From Klebsiella phage iPHaGe-KPN-11i, in sequence record OR637327.1: a stretch of DNA of 64,000 bases; one strand, given 5' to 3'. The notes under the pieces are model-generated. The model did no database searches. It was not told where the DNA came from and saw nothing but the letters and a program-made list of their open reading frames with translations. A program made the position numbers and the translations under genes. This document shows positions 8,953-18,467 of the stretch, piece by piece (the stretch's first letter is position 1; every line of letters starts with the position of its first letter).

Positions 8953-9204
8953 ATGGAAATCATCTACAAAAGCCGGAACTACAAAAAAGAAGATGTTGCA
9001 GCAGTTTACATCAAGTACCGGAACGTGAAATGTGAGTACAGTGGGGCATGGGGTTATGAAATCGTTGTTGAAGAAGTTAACGCCGACAACAAAACCATTT
9101 GCAGTTTCACCACTAACACCGATAGCCCTCTGTTCACTACTGAACAGCTTGAACAGGCTTATGAACTGCGCAACCAGTCTTTTAACGCGGTACGTATCAA
9201 ATGA
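8953..9204 (+). CDS. hypothetical protein (83 aa)
   Basis: ORF after the leader motif. Confidence 0.5.
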   Translation: MEIIYKSRNYKKEDVAAVYIKYRNVKCEYSGAWGYEIVVEEVNADNKTICSFTTNTDSPLFTTEQLEQAYELRNQSFNAVRIK

Positions 9205-9346
9205 GATTCCGTCCTTATATCGAATTCCTTCGCGGTATCAGTGAGATCCTGAACCGCGAAATCAAACCCAGTCCGTTAGCCGTTGAGCTTTACCGACTGG
9301 ACGCAACCCCCGAAGATGCAGCGAAAGATTACGGAGATCAGTTATA

Positions 9347-9607
9347 ATGTTAACTTTTGAAGAGTACAAAGCACAGCGTGATCAGTTAAGCAACTGGTAC
9401 AGAGAGATCGGCGCGGAGTTGAGCGCATACCCTAAAAACGAAATGGGGATGACGATCGAATCAATCCGTAATACGCCGGAATACAAAGCGAAACGTGCTT
9501 TGTGCAACAAGGTTTTCCAACAGCTTCGCACCCTTAACGGGAAGTACATTAAACTGTACAAAAAAGAACTGGCTGACGAACGTAAACTGAAACGGAGTGT
9601 AAAATGA
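9347..9607 (+). CDS. hypothetical protein (86 aa)
   Basis: ORF. Confidence 0.45.
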   Translation: MLTFEEYKAQRDQLSNWYREIGAELSAYPKNEMGMTIESIRNTPEYKAKRALCNKVFQQLRTLNGKYIKLYKKELADERKLKRSVK

Positions 9608-9810
9608 TGCAGCACGAAATCAAAACAGAGATTGACAAACGCACCTTCCTGGAAAAGAATAAAACGGTAACGCTGATGCATTACTCCACCAAAAACGGTT
9701 CGAGTGAGTTCTGGCGCGTTAACATTGACAGCAAAGAGAAACACCAGTCGATACCGTTCGACAATGAAAGCCTTGCTCGCGCTGTCTTCCAATCCCACGT
9801 TAAATTTTGA
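9604..9810 (+). CDS. hypothetical protein (68 aa)
   Basis: ORF, ATGA-coupled. Confidence 0.4.
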   Translation: MMQHEIKTEIDKRTFLEKNKTVTLMHYSTKNGSSEFWRVNIDSKEKHQSIPFDNESLARAVFQSHVKF

Positions 9811-9820
9811 GAATTATATT

Positions 9821-10972
9821 ATGAAATCTGTCGATATCGTTACCAGCATCAAAGCGCCGTCCCTGTTCATCTATCAACACGGCAATATGCGCTTCGCTCG
9901 CTCGAAGTTCTACAACTATAATTTCAACGTTGATACTGGTGAATTCGCTCGCTGGGGTGCAACATATTCCCACGATCCAGAATACGCACCATTCCCCGAA
10001 ATTCTCGATATCGAGATCACTACCAAATGCAACGGGCCAGCGGGTAAACTCTGCGGGTTCTGCTACAAGTCCAATAACCCGAACGGGTTCAACATGGATC
10101 TTGCCAACTTCAAAAAAATCATCGACAAAATGCCCTGGCTTACTCAATGCGCACTCGGTGCTGATGCACAGGGGCAAACAAACCCCGATATGTTCGATAT
10201 GATGGCGTATGCGCGTTCTAAAGGCATTGTGCCGAACCTTACCATTGCTGACGTATCAAAAGACGTTGCAGCGCGTTTAGCGGCGGTTGCTGGGGCTGTT
10301 GCGGTATCGGTTTATAAACACGCTGGTTTTGATGTCGCTTTCGACTCAGTAGCGAACCTGACAGAAGCCGGACAACAGCAAATCAACCTTCACTTCATGG
10401 TTAGCTCGAAAACCTATGATGATGCGTTTAACGTGGTTGACGCTGTGAAGAATGATCCGCGCCTGAAACAAGTAAACGCGATCGTGTTCCTGGGACTGAA
10501 ACAAAAGGGACGCGGTAAGAACTGGGACACAGTTACCCGCGAACAATATAAAAAACTTGTTGAATATTGCCTCGATTCTGGTGTAGGATTTGGATTCGAT
10601 AGCTGTTCAGCCCCCGCTTTCGTTGAAGCGATGGAGGGACACCCGAACTTCGAACAGTACAAGCAATACGCCGAAGACTGTGAAGCGACGATGTTTAGCT
10701 CTTACATCAATGAACGTGGTCAGTTCTTCCCTTGCTCGTTTACCGAACGCTGGGTTGAAGGTGGCTGGGAAGAAGGTCTGGATGTTCTGGAAGCCGAAGA
10801 TTTTGTGAAGGATATCTGGGAACACCCGAAAACAAAACAGTTCCGTAAAGAATTGACGGGCAACAAGGATCATAACGGTTGTCGTAACTGTCCGGCTTAT
10901 GCGGTATGTGGTAAAGATATGCGCGTACACAAAGCCCCTGAAACCGATGTATATGCAGTGGAGTTGAAATAA
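9821..10972 (+). CDS. Cys-rich putative Fe-S enzyme (radical-SAM/SPASM-like)
   Basis: N-terminal CNGPAGKLCGFCY (Cx8Cx2C) and C-terminal clusters CSAPAF...FPCSF...NGCRNCPAYAVCG. Non-canonical, so the assignment is tentative. Confidence 0.4.
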   Translation: MKSVDIVTSIKAPSLFIYQHGNMRFARSKFYNYNFNVDTGEFARWGATYSHDPEYAPFPEILDIEITTKCNGPAGKLCGFCYKSNNPNGFNMDLANFKKIIDKMPWLTQCALGADAQGQTNPDMFDMMAYARSKGIVPNLTIADVSKDVAARLAAVAGAVAVSVYKHAGFDVAFDSVANLTEAGQQQINLHFMVSSKTYDDAFNVVDAVKNDPRLKQVNAIVFLGLKQKGRGKNWDTVTREQYKKLVEYCLDSGVGFGFDSCSAPAFVEAMEGHPNFEQYKQYAEDCEATMFSSYINERGQFFPCSFTERWVEGGWEEGLDVLEAEDFVKDIWEHPKTKQFRKELTGNKDHNGCRNCPAYAVCGKDMRVHKAPETDVYAVELK

Positions 10973-11265
10973 TGTTAATCGTATCTCGTATTAAATCATA
11001 TGTTCGTGATCGTGATATTCTGGATGTGTCGCCTTTGGTTGGCGAAACAGCTACCGTAAGAAACTATCCGGTGAATCTGGATCACGTAACATGGATCGAA
11101 GATGATGCAACAATCGTTGTTGAAGGGAAGAGACACCCAGCAATCACTTTTCATCTGATCTGTTCAACCCCGATTACCTGGGCTGGATATGAAAACAAAG
11201 AACAGCGTGATAACGCTATCCATGCGATTGAGCGTAGAATGCAGTTTGAGGAGATCACATTCTGA
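10972..11265 (+). CDS. hypothetical protein (97 aa)
   Basis: ORF, coupled. Confidence 0.5.
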   Translation: MLIVSRIKSYVRDRDILDVSPLVGETATVRNYPVNLDHVTWIEDDATIVVEGKRHPAITFHLICSTPITWAGYENKEQRDNAIHAIERRMQFEEITF

Positions 11266-11645
11266 TGATTTATCAATCCCATAATGATTCAACGATGCGA
11301 ATGGTTCCGGTAACGGTTGACATTCCAGTAAAACCGCGTACACTGGAATCGTTGATTGAAAAATACTCTGGAATGGTTATTTGTCCTTCTACTGCACAAT
11401 TAGCAATGGAAGAACGCGATGAAATTGTATTTGAATGTGATATGAAAGGATATCATACCGTTGAAGATATGCAGATGATTGAATATCTCTGGGAAATCCG
11501 AAACGCTGTAGTGCATCACATGCTGACCGCTGAAAAGAAAGCCGAAGCCGTGAGAGAAGTTGAACAGCGCGAAGAGATCCGCTATAATCGGATGTCTGCA
11601 CAGGAAAAGGATGAAGCATATGAAGTGTACCGCCGTAGTCGATGA
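11265..11645 (+). CDS. hypothetical protein (126 aa)
   Basis: ORF, coupled. Confidence 0.5.
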   Translation: MIYQSHNDSTMRMVPVTVDIPVKPRTLESLIEKYSGMVICPSTAQLAMEERDEIVFECDMKGYHTVEDMQMIEYLWEIRNAVVHHMLTAEKKAEAVREVEQREEIRYNRMSAQEKDEAYEVYRRSR

Positions 11646-11973
11646 ATTAATGAGCGCGTTTAAAACGCGTCGTACAGATGGGCGTATTAAAGATCCGAAG
11701 TCAATCGCGATCATCGAACGCTACGCGATGAAGTTAAGCGAACAGGAATTCACGCCAAAGGCGCTCAATAGCCTGATGGTTCTGAAACTGCTGATCGCTT
11801 CTGGTGATGATATGCCACACGATGAAAACAGCGCAGAGTCATTCCAAAAGGCGTATCGTTCATGGGGAGTGATTTACTCCCGCTCGCTGGGTTCGTATGA
11901 CTCCGTTATGTGGAATCTGATGCACCTGGATCGCCTGATCTGGGAAGTGCTTGAAGAAGAGGGTATTGTATGA
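11611..11973 (+). CDS. hypothetical protein (start uncertain)
   Basis: ORF 11560..11973 overlaps the upstream gene. An internal start is more likely. Confidence 0.35.
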   Translation: MKHMKCTAVVDELMSAFKTRRTDGRIKDPKSIAIIERYAMKLSEQEFTPKALNSLMVLKLLIASGDDMPHDENSAESFQKAYRSWGVIYSRSLGSYDSVMWNLMHLDRLIWEVLEEEGIV

Positions 11974-12145
11974 TTTTCACACATACAGGAATGGTTGATT
12001 CTAATAAAACAGGGCGTAGACGAATTCCTTTGATGAAGTCCGGCAAATACTGGAAGAGTGAAGAACATAAGTTCGACCATAACGGCAACGCTTTCGGGCC
12101 TTACGATGCTCGGTTAAAACTTGATTCTATTAAAGAGATTAAATC

Positions 12146-12586
12146 ATGAAACTCGATCGTGAATTAAGCGGAGCAATCCGAACCCTTGAGAAAGTGCTTG
12201 ATGATTTGAGCGCGGGTAAAGAGATCAACGTTAGCGACATCGAAGCAAAGCTGTATGAATGGCGCGGTGCGCTTTACAACGCGACAAAAGGCAATGATCC
12301 CCTGTTTGATGAATATGATGTGTACAACGTCAAGGTCTGGAACACTGAATACCGTTTCAAGTGGCCTGGTGACGCTTACGGGCATATTCAAACCATTTAC
12401 GTAACTGGTGGTATGGTGTTTGCGACCAGTGTTGGGGCTAGTGAACTTCCGATCAATCCCGATAGTAAAGTAACGACACCGAACCCATTCGGACATACTA
12501 CCGTTTGTTTGGGTGTGGCGGAGGACTTCTCCCCGAACTATTCGGGCTGGATTGAAGCCTGTAAAACTAACCTTAAAAGAGTATAA
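12146..12586 (+). CDS. hypothetical protein (146 aa)
   Basis: ORF. Confidence 0.5.
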   Translation: MKLDRELSGAIRTLEKVLDDLSAGKEINVSDIEAKLYEWRGALYNATKGNDPLFDEYDVYNVKVWNTEYRFKWPGDAYGHIQTIYVTGGMVFATSVGASELPINPDSKVTTPNPFGHTTVCLGVAEDFSPNYSGWIEACKTNLKRV

Positions 12587-12589
12587 ATT

Positions 12590-12853
12590 ATGTGGAAAAT
12601 TGTTGCGTGTATTTTTATGGTTGCCGTTGTTGTGCTCTTGCAGTCAAGCTGTACTGACGAGAAAGAGGCACAGCGTATCCTGGAAGCACAGGGTTATACG
12701 AACATCCAGTTCACGGGTCATAAATGGTTTGCGTGTTCCAAACAAGATACATTCTCAACCGGATTCGAAGCAACTGGTGTGAACGGCAAGCAGATCAAAG
12801 GATCTGTGTGCTCTGGATTATTTTTCAAAAATAGCACAATTCGTTTCGAATAA
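12590..12853 (+). CDS. putative lipoprotein
   Basis: Signal peptide with lipobox LLQSSC. Confidence 0.5.
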   Translation: MWKIVACIFMVAVVVLLQSSCTDEKEAQRILEAQGYTNIQFTGHKWFACSKQDTFSTGFEATGVNGKQIKGSVCSGLFFKNSTIRFE

Positions 12854-12925
12854 CTGTTGACTCTAATCCCCGTTGTGGTAATATATCTCTCGTAGACAAC
12901 GAAACAGATAAACAAGGGGATTAAA

Positions 12926-13189
12926 ATGAACTTACTGAACGAAATGCTGGAAATGGTTGAAGCGAACAAAGAAGCGATGAAAGCGAAAGAAGGTTGGGTA
13001 GTTGTTACTGACTGCTTCAAACCGCAAAGCTGGCTTCCTGTGTTCCTCAATAAAGATGGTAACGAAGAACACGGCTTCTATGATGCTGCAATCTTCGAAA
13101 CCGCTGAACAGGCTTGCGATTTCTGGTCTTACCTGAGCGGTGACAAGCCTTTCACCAAATACGGTGTTTGCCAGTGCAAAGACATTTAA
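12926..13189 (+). CDS. hypothetical protein (87 aa)
   Basis: ORF with a GGGATTAAA RBS. A terminator follows. Confidence 0.5.
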   Translation: MNLLNEMLEMVEANKEAMKAKEGWVVVTDCFKPQSWLPVFLNKDGNEEHGFYDAAIFETAEQACDFWSYLSGDKPFTKYGVCQCKDI

Positions 13190-13192
13190 TCC

Positions 13193-13216
13193 CAGCCCCG
13201 AAAGGGGCTTTTTTGT
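13193..13216 (+). terminator. rho-independent terminator
   Basis: agccccgaaaggggct plus TTTTTT. Confidence 0.55.
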
Positions 13217-13225
13217 AGGTGAAAT

Positions 13226-13546
13226 ATGACCAAAGCAGAAAGAATTATCAATCATCTTCAAACCGGATTCCCGTACCAGGGAGATTTACAGCGCGATATC
13301 ATCGAACTGTTATCCCAGCATGACGGGATGGAAGCGGAGATAAAGGAATTGACTCACCCTGACGTGAACGTATTCGCTTCACTGATGGATGATGTGATCG
13401 CTATCGACTCGGACGAACTGATCTGCATCGAGACAACGAACCCAGAAGATAAGACGATCCTGAAACAAGCGTATGAGCGGATCGAAGCGTTACACGATCG
13501 CCTGTTCCAGTTAACTTTCCCAAATAAAAACGATAGACCTTGTTGA
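13226..13546 (+). CDS. hypothetical protein (106 aa)
   Basis: ORF. Confidence 0.5.
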   Translation: MTKAERIINHLQTGFPYQGDLQRDIIELLSQHDGMEAEIKELTHPDVNVFASLMDDVIAIDSDELICIETTNPEDKTILKQAYERIEALHDRLFQLTFPNKNDRPC

Positions 13547-13601
13547 CATCAAACCAGATTATGATAATCTGTATATGAAAACTAATTGTGAGGAATATAT
13601 T

Positions 13602-14000
13602 ATGAACGCTTTTGAAAAACGTGCTGTCCTGAAAGATATCAAACCTGGAGCAATCCTGTACGAAGTAATCAGTATCACTGGTGAAAAGGCACAGATGGGT
13701 CGAAAACATATCATCACTGGATTCCCGCGTGAACATCGTGGGCTGGGGCTGTTTGTTAACGGAATCACTGTGTATGATGATTGGGAAAATAAAGGTCAAT
13801 TCTCTCTGGATGATCGTAACGTAACTGGGCGCAACCATTATAATTTCCATGCGTTGTTCCGTAGCGAAGCAGATGCGCAAGCATATATTGAACAAATCAA
13901 TAATGATAAACTTCCTCCTGATGACAAACAGGAAAGTGTTGAAATGACGATTCGCTGGAAACGCGATCGCGCGGAAGATGCAATTTGGGGTTACATGTAA
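13602..14000 (+). CDS. hypothetical protein (132 aa)
   Basis: GAGGAA RBS. A TTGACA -35-like box lies upstream at 13543. Confidence 0.45.
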   Translation: MNAFEKRAVLKDIKPGAILYEVISITGEKAQMGRKHIITGFPREHRGLGLFVNGITVYDDWENKGQFSLDDRNVTGRNHYNFHALFRSEADAQAYIEQINNDKLPPDDKQESVEMTIRWKRDRAEDAIWGYM

Positions 14001-14067
14001 AACGTTGCGCCTCTTAAACCGTAAATACCCTGTGTAGCCCATAGGGTATTTTCATAAAGAGGTATGT

Positions 14068-14463
14068 ATGTTTAAATTTAGTCAGAAAAGCCTGAACAAC
14101 CTGCAAGGCGTGAAGCCGGAACTGGTTAAGGTAGTAAAACGTGCTCTGGAACTCTCACCTGTTGATTTTGGTGTACGCGAAGGTCTGCGCACCGTAGAGC
14201 AACAGCGCGAAAACGTCCGCAAGGGTGTTTCCCAGACCATGAACTCAAAACACATCACTGGTGATGCTGTGGATCTGTATCCTAGCGTTCTCCCTGCTGG
14301 CTGGCAGACTAACCCGAAAGTGTGGTTGCCTGTCCTGAATGCAGTGAAACAAGCCGCTGATGAACAGGGCGTAAAACTGCGTTACGGTATCAACTGGAAG
14401 AACGATCCAAACCTTCCGATTGAAACGAAATTTATCGACGCACCACACGTTGAACTTGCATAA
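14068..14463 (+). CDS. endolysin, L-alanyl-D-glutamate peptidase (peptidase M15)
   Basis: LRTVEQQ...SKHITGDAVDL motifs as in T5-type Lys and VanY-like M15 peptidases. Confidence 0.7.
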   Translation: MFKFSQKSLNNLQGVKPELVKVVKRALELSPVDFGVREGLRTVEQQRENVRKGVSQTMNSKHITGDAVDLYPSVLPAGWQTNPKVWLPVLNAVKQAADEQGVKLRYGINWKNDPNLPIETKFIDAPHVELA

Positions 14464-14472
14464 GGCGACAAC

Positions 14473-14943
14473 ATGATTTCACAATTCTATGTTGACGCTG
14501 TAAAGCAGTCACGTAACCTGCACCTTGCGCGAATCGTTGATGGGCGTTGGGGGCAAGAATGCGGCGGTGTGTCTATCTTCGAAACTGCGCTGGATATGGG
14601 CCGGATGTCGGGTAAAACCAAAGCGGCTTTCGATATCATCAAGCAGTCGAAAGGGACACTGAATATCTACGTTGCGCCGACAAAGCAAATGGGTATTTGT
14701 GCTGCGGCAGAACATGGAATGGATAAGGGCGCTGATTCGTCTTTCATTCTGTCGAAACGTCAAGATCTGAATACCATTTTCCGTGGACAAACGATCAAGT
14801 ATCAGGCAATCAACCTGATTTTCGATGAATGCGACATGACGATCGACGAACGGTTTGAACTGGCAAAAACACTGACCTTGTGTATGCGTTCAAGTCATCT
14901 TCACCCGTTCCCATATATCCATATTATCCGTTTGGGTATGTAA
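14473..14943 (+). CDS. hypothetical protein (156 aa)
   Basis: ORF. Confidence 0.45.
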   Translation: MISQFYVDAVKQSRNLHLARIVDGRWGQECGGVSIFETALDMGRMSGKTKAAFDIIKQSKGTLNIYVAPTKQMGICAAAEHGMDKGADSSFILSKRQDLNTIFRGQTIKYQAINLIFDECDMTIDERFELAKTLTLCMRSSHLHPFPYIHIIRLGM

Positions 14944-15455
14944 TGAAAAGTCATGGTTATTCATCAAGAACCATACAGGAAGAGATTCAAGGGATTGAGT
15001 CTCTTCTGAGTTATGTAGATGTTGATACATCTACGGGAAAAGTGTATTGGAAAATTCAGCGCGGCCCTATGTCTCCTGGAAGTGAAGCCGGAAGCAAGAA
15101 CGAGTATTCCCAAATTCATTTTAAAGGTTCTATGTATTTGCGACACCGAATAGTGTTTTACGTTGAGAATGGTTATCTTCCTCCTATCGTAGATCATGTG
15201 TATGGTGTTGAAAATGGAGATACAGCAAGAAATCTACAGAAAGCGACGAACCAACAAAACGCGATGAAAAAGAAATGTAATTCAAACAGCAGTACGGGGT
15301 TGAAAGGTGTTTCTTATCACAAAGCAAATGGGAAGTATAAAGCGCAGATAAACATAGATGGAAAAAGAAAATTTTTGGGGTATTATACCACTCCAGAAGA
15401 AGCAAAAGCCGTTTATGACCGGAAAGCGAAAGAGGTTTTCGGCACATTTTTTTAA
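14943..15455 (+). CDS. HNH homing endonuclease with AP2 DNA-binding domain
   Basis: HRIVFY...DHV..N HNH core and a C-terminal LKGVSYHKANGKYKAQI...GYYTTPEEA AP2 domain. Confidence 0.7.
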   Translation: MKSHGYSSRTIQEEIQGIESLLSYVDVDTSTGKVYWKIQRGPMSPGSEAGSKNEYSQIHFKGSMYLRHRIVFYVENGYLPPIVDHVYGVENGDTARNLQKATNQQNAMKKKCNSNSSTGLKGVSYHKANGKYKAQINIDGKRKFLGYYTTPEEAKAVYDRKAKEVFGTFF

Positions 15456-15477
15456 CGAAACCACATAAGGTTAATGT

Positions 15478-16824
15478 ATGTCAAAATACGTATTAGACAC
15501 CAATGTTTTGATTAGTAACCCATATTCAATCTATTCTTACATCGAACCTGACAGCGAAATCATTATCACCGCTGCAACGATGGAAGAACTGGATCACCTG
15601 AAAAGCAAAGAGCGAACCGCTCATGAAGCACGACTGGCGATCCGGCTTTTGTCCAAAGCAATCCTGGGACAAAATTATGAAGCAATTACCCAAACAGGGG
15701 TTTCGTTAAACTTAACAAACCCAGCAGTACCAGAAAATGTAACACTAAAAATCGTCGATTATGTCGGCCCCGAAGAGTTCCCTCTCGATAAACAGGATGC
15801 GCGGATCATTGCAACCTGTATTCAACAGGGCGCAACGCTGGTGACTCGCGATATTAACATGCTGTTGATTGCGATGTCTAAAGGTTGTCCGGTTCTTCAA
15901 TACACTGGCGATGACTCGCTGAAAGATAGTGATGTGTTGTATTCAGGTTATATCGACCTGCCTCTGTTCTGGGAAACTGTTGAAGTCCTGGAGTATGTCG
16001 GGCCTGTTGCCGTTATAACGTATTCATCGCTTCCTGACGCAGATTTCTACCCTAACCAATACATTCTATCGGATGGTGAGATTGTGGGGCGTGTGGTTGC
16101 TGCTGGAGAGTTTCAGCTTGAAGTATTGCCTATTAAGCACGAACAAGCGTTAAAGCGTAAGCTGATGAAAACAATTCAGCCCCGCGATGCTCTGCAAGCG
16201 TCATTCGTTGATGCTATTCTGGACAAAAACAATGACGTTGTGACCATCATGGGCGCGGCGGGTTCAGGTAAAACCATGCTGGCTGTTGCTGGTGCAATGC
16301 ACATGGTAAACGCGGGACACTTCGCAAACCTGATGTATGTCAAGGCAGATAGCCCTCTGTCTGGCGAAATCGGGTTCCTACCTGGTACTCTGGGCGAAAA
16401 ACTGCGTCCTGCTGTAGAACCATGTATTACGAGCCTGAACATTCTGTTTAAGGATCAACCGGAAGTTGACAAATATGTAGAAGGGCTGCTGGAGAAAAAC
16501 GTTGTCCAGTTCCCTAGCCTGTATTACTTCCGTGGGCGCTCTATCGGACACCCTGATCCGGGTAAAGGTTCGGTTCTGATTGTTGATGAATGTCAAAACT
16601 TGAGCAATCACGAAATCAAATCCATCATTTCCCGTTGCGGTGAGAACACCCTTCTGATACTATGCGGGAACATTAAACAGATTGACAACCCGCGAAACAC
16701 TGCTGTTAACAACGGCTTTGTGTATGCGGTTGAAAAACTTAAAGAGTACGGTCATTCAAGTCATGTGATCCTGGATACCGTATATCGTGGGCGACTTGCA
16801 GCTTTTGTTGAAGACAATTTTTGA
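15478..16824 (+). CDS. PhoH-like ATPase with N-terminal PIN domain
   Basis: N-terminal LDTNVLI (PIN). Walker A GAAGSGKT and DECQN Walker B in the PhoH-like C-terminus. Confidence 0.75.
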   Translation: MSKYVLDTNVLISNPYSIYSYIEPDSEIIITAATMEELDHLKSKERTAHEARLAIRLLSKAILGQNYEAITQTGVSLNLTNPAVPENVTLKIVDYVGPEEFPLDKQDARIIATCIQQGATLVTRDINMLLIAMSKGCPVLQYTGDDSLKDSDVLYSGYIDLPLFWETVEVLEYVGPVAVITYSSLPDADFYPNQYILSDGEIVGRVVAAGEFQLEVLPIKHEQALKRKLMKTIQPRDALQASFVDAILDKNNDVVTIMGAAGSGKTMLAVAGAMHMVNAGHFANLMYVKADSPLSGEIGFLPGTLGEKLRPAVEPCITSLNILFKDQPEVDKYVEGLLEKNVVQFPSLYYFRGRSIGHPDPGKGSVLIVDECQNLSNHEIKSIISRCGENTLLILCGNIKQIDNPRNTAVNNGFVYAVEKLKEYGHSSHVILDTVYRGRLAAFVEDNF

Positions 16825-16827
16825 TCA

Positions 16828-16850
16828 AGGGGGCTTCGTCCCCCCTTTTT
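16828..16850 (+). terminator. rho-independent terminator
   Basis: aagggggcttcgtcccccc plus TTTTT. Confidence 0.5.
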
Positions 16851-16862
16851 CGTGAGGTATAC

Positions 16863-17057
16863 ATGATTAACATTATTCCGTCCGATAAGCTAATTACCGT
16901 TTGCGCCAACTGCAAAAGTGGGTTAGAGTATGAACTGTCTGATGTACAGAAGAAAAACGAAGTGTTCTACAACGGTTTCTTCCGTGCTGCTGATTACATC
17001 GTGAAAAAACATATCGTCTGCCCGAAATGCGGTAGCGAAGTGAAACTATTTTTGTGA
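16863..17057 (+). CDS. zinc-ribbon protein (64 aa)
   Basis: CANCKSG...CPKCGS. GAGG RBS. Confidence 0.45.
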   Translation: MINIIPSDKLITVCANCKSGLEYELSDVQKKNEVFYNGFFRAADYIVKKHIVCPKCGSEVKLFL

Positions 17058-17288
17058 GGTTATTATGGTTCAAGTTGTAAGCATTACCCCAAAACAAACT
17101 GCCTGTCGTTGTGGTGCTGTTCTGTCATACACTGCGCAGGATATCAAAGAGAAGGTATCAACCGATTATACAGGCGGTCGTGATGTGTATCGTGTGATCC
17201 GGTGTCCGGTCTGTGATAAGGATGTAGTAGTATGAAACGCTGAATTTATCGCGAACAGACTACGTGCGGCGAAACCCATTTAAAAATG

Positions 17289-17317
17289 TTGCATAAATAA
17301 TAAGACGAGGGTATCAT
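17289..17317 (+). promoter_or_regulatory. sigma70-like promoter
   Basis: TTGCAT, 17-nt spacer, TATCAT, about 30 nt upstream of the ATG at 17348. Confidence 0.35.
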
Positions 17318-17347
17318 AGCCCTCTCTTGTTACAAATAGGTATTACA

Positions 17348-17995
17348 ATGAAGAAAATTATCTTTGCTGCCAGCATTTTCTTATGCTCTTTTTCTGGCAA
17401 CGCGGCGACTGATCCGTTAGGAGAGTTTATCCAAACACTCCCCGCTGTGAAGTCAACTTTACCGCTACAACAAGCAACAGTAATGAAGAAAGCGCCAGCC
17501 AATGCCCCCAGCTATGTTAAGGAATTGGATGATATTACACCAAAGCAGAAAAAGGTTTTGGAGTACGCTTTCAGGATCGGAAATGAGTACGATCGCAAAA
17601 CTGCAAAGCCAGTTGAATCGGAAACATCGAAACGTTTGGGATATCATTTAGCGGCTATTGCCTGGATCGAGTCTCGCGCATGTGAGAACGTAGGGAAAGG
17701 CAAAAAGAATCATCATGCTTATGGTTGTTTTCAAGTAACAGCCCGTAGCGCGTCCGCACGAATGGATAAATCATATTCCAAACGCGTAGTAATCAATAAG
17801 CTCGAAACCCTTCGGGGTGGTTCCAAGTACGCACTTCACGAACTGGAATACTGGCTTGATTACCACAAAGGCGACTTAAAAAAGGCGCTGGCGAGTTATA
17901 ACGCGGGGTTCAAGTATGGAAAGAAAGAAGCCCGTGAGTATGCTCGCATGGTTAACCATACCGCGAAGCTGTTAGAAGAAAAACGCATTATCTGA
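17348..17995 (+). CDS. secreted lytic transglycosylase (SLT domain)
   Basis: Signal peptide MKKIIFAASIFLCSFSGNAA. Catalytic-region motifs IAWIESRA...GCFQV...SYNAG. Confidence 0.6.
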   Translation: MKKIIFAASIFLCSFSGNAATDPLGEFIQTLPAVKSTLPLQQATVMKKAPANAPSYVKELDDITPKQKKVLEYAFRIGNEYDRKTAKPVESETSKRLGYHLAAIAWIESRACENVGKGKKNHHAYGCFQVTARSASARMDKSYSKRVVINKLETLRGGSKYALHELEYWLDYHKGDLKKALASYNAGFKYGKKEAREYARMVNHTAKLLEEKRII

Positions 17996-17996
17996 T

Positions 17997-18062
17997 AAAA
18001 AGCCCTTGCGAAATTGCAAGGGCTTTTTTATTATGTGTGTACCAACTATTGAGGATTAAATC
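17997..18062 (+). promoter_or_regulatory. terminator-promoter cassette (copy e, diverged)
   Basis: aaaagcccttgcgaaattgcaagggctttttt hairpin, then TTATTATGTGTGTACC before the ATG at 18063. Confidence 0.5.
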
Positions 18063-18467
18063 ATGAGTACATCACATCGAGTTATTACCAGTCACCCGAC
18101 TATCATCAAGCCGAACATGCTACACATCATTCAGGGTGTGCTGGACGAACTGAACAAAGATCCAAAGGTTAAAGTAGACACCATCACGGTCGATCGTCAT
18201 CGCATGGAATCTTTCAGCATTTACTTCGCATATGGTGAAGAAAAACGCAAACTGTTTATCTGTGAAAGTCAAGATATGTATCTTGACGTTGATGATAACA
18301 CAATTCATAGCGGTGGCGTTTACTTCAACCTGAACGTGTGGGGTAGCAACAAAGAGATCATGGATATCGTGAAAGTGGGTATTCGTAAGCACGTCCCGAA
18401 TGACGTTAGCATTTACGAATGTGTTAATGATGCAATTGAAGATCGCTTTGTGCGTGTGGGGGCGTAA
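18063..18467 (+). CDS. hypothetical protein (134 aa)
   Basis: ORF. Confidence 0.5.
   Translation: MSTSHRVITSHPTIIKPNMLHIIQGVLDELNKDPKVKVDTITVDRHRMESFSIYFAYGEEKRKLFICESQDMYLDVDDNTIHSGGVYFNLNVWGSNKEIMDIVKVGIRKHVPNDVSIYECVNDAIEDRFVRVGA

Noticed and set aside
13543-13570. TTGACA box upstream of 13602 as a complete sigma70 promoter.
   Set aside because: No convincing -10 hexamer at 16-18 nt spacing (only TAATCT/GATAAT at off-spacing). Mentioned in the CDS evidence only.
17066-17235. Possible small zinc-ribbon ORF (MVQVVSITPKQTACRCGAV...) after the 16863..17057 gene.
   Set aside because: On careful reading the frame hits a stop within about 35 codons. The apparent CxxC...CPVC pattern spans two frames. 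No feature is asserted.
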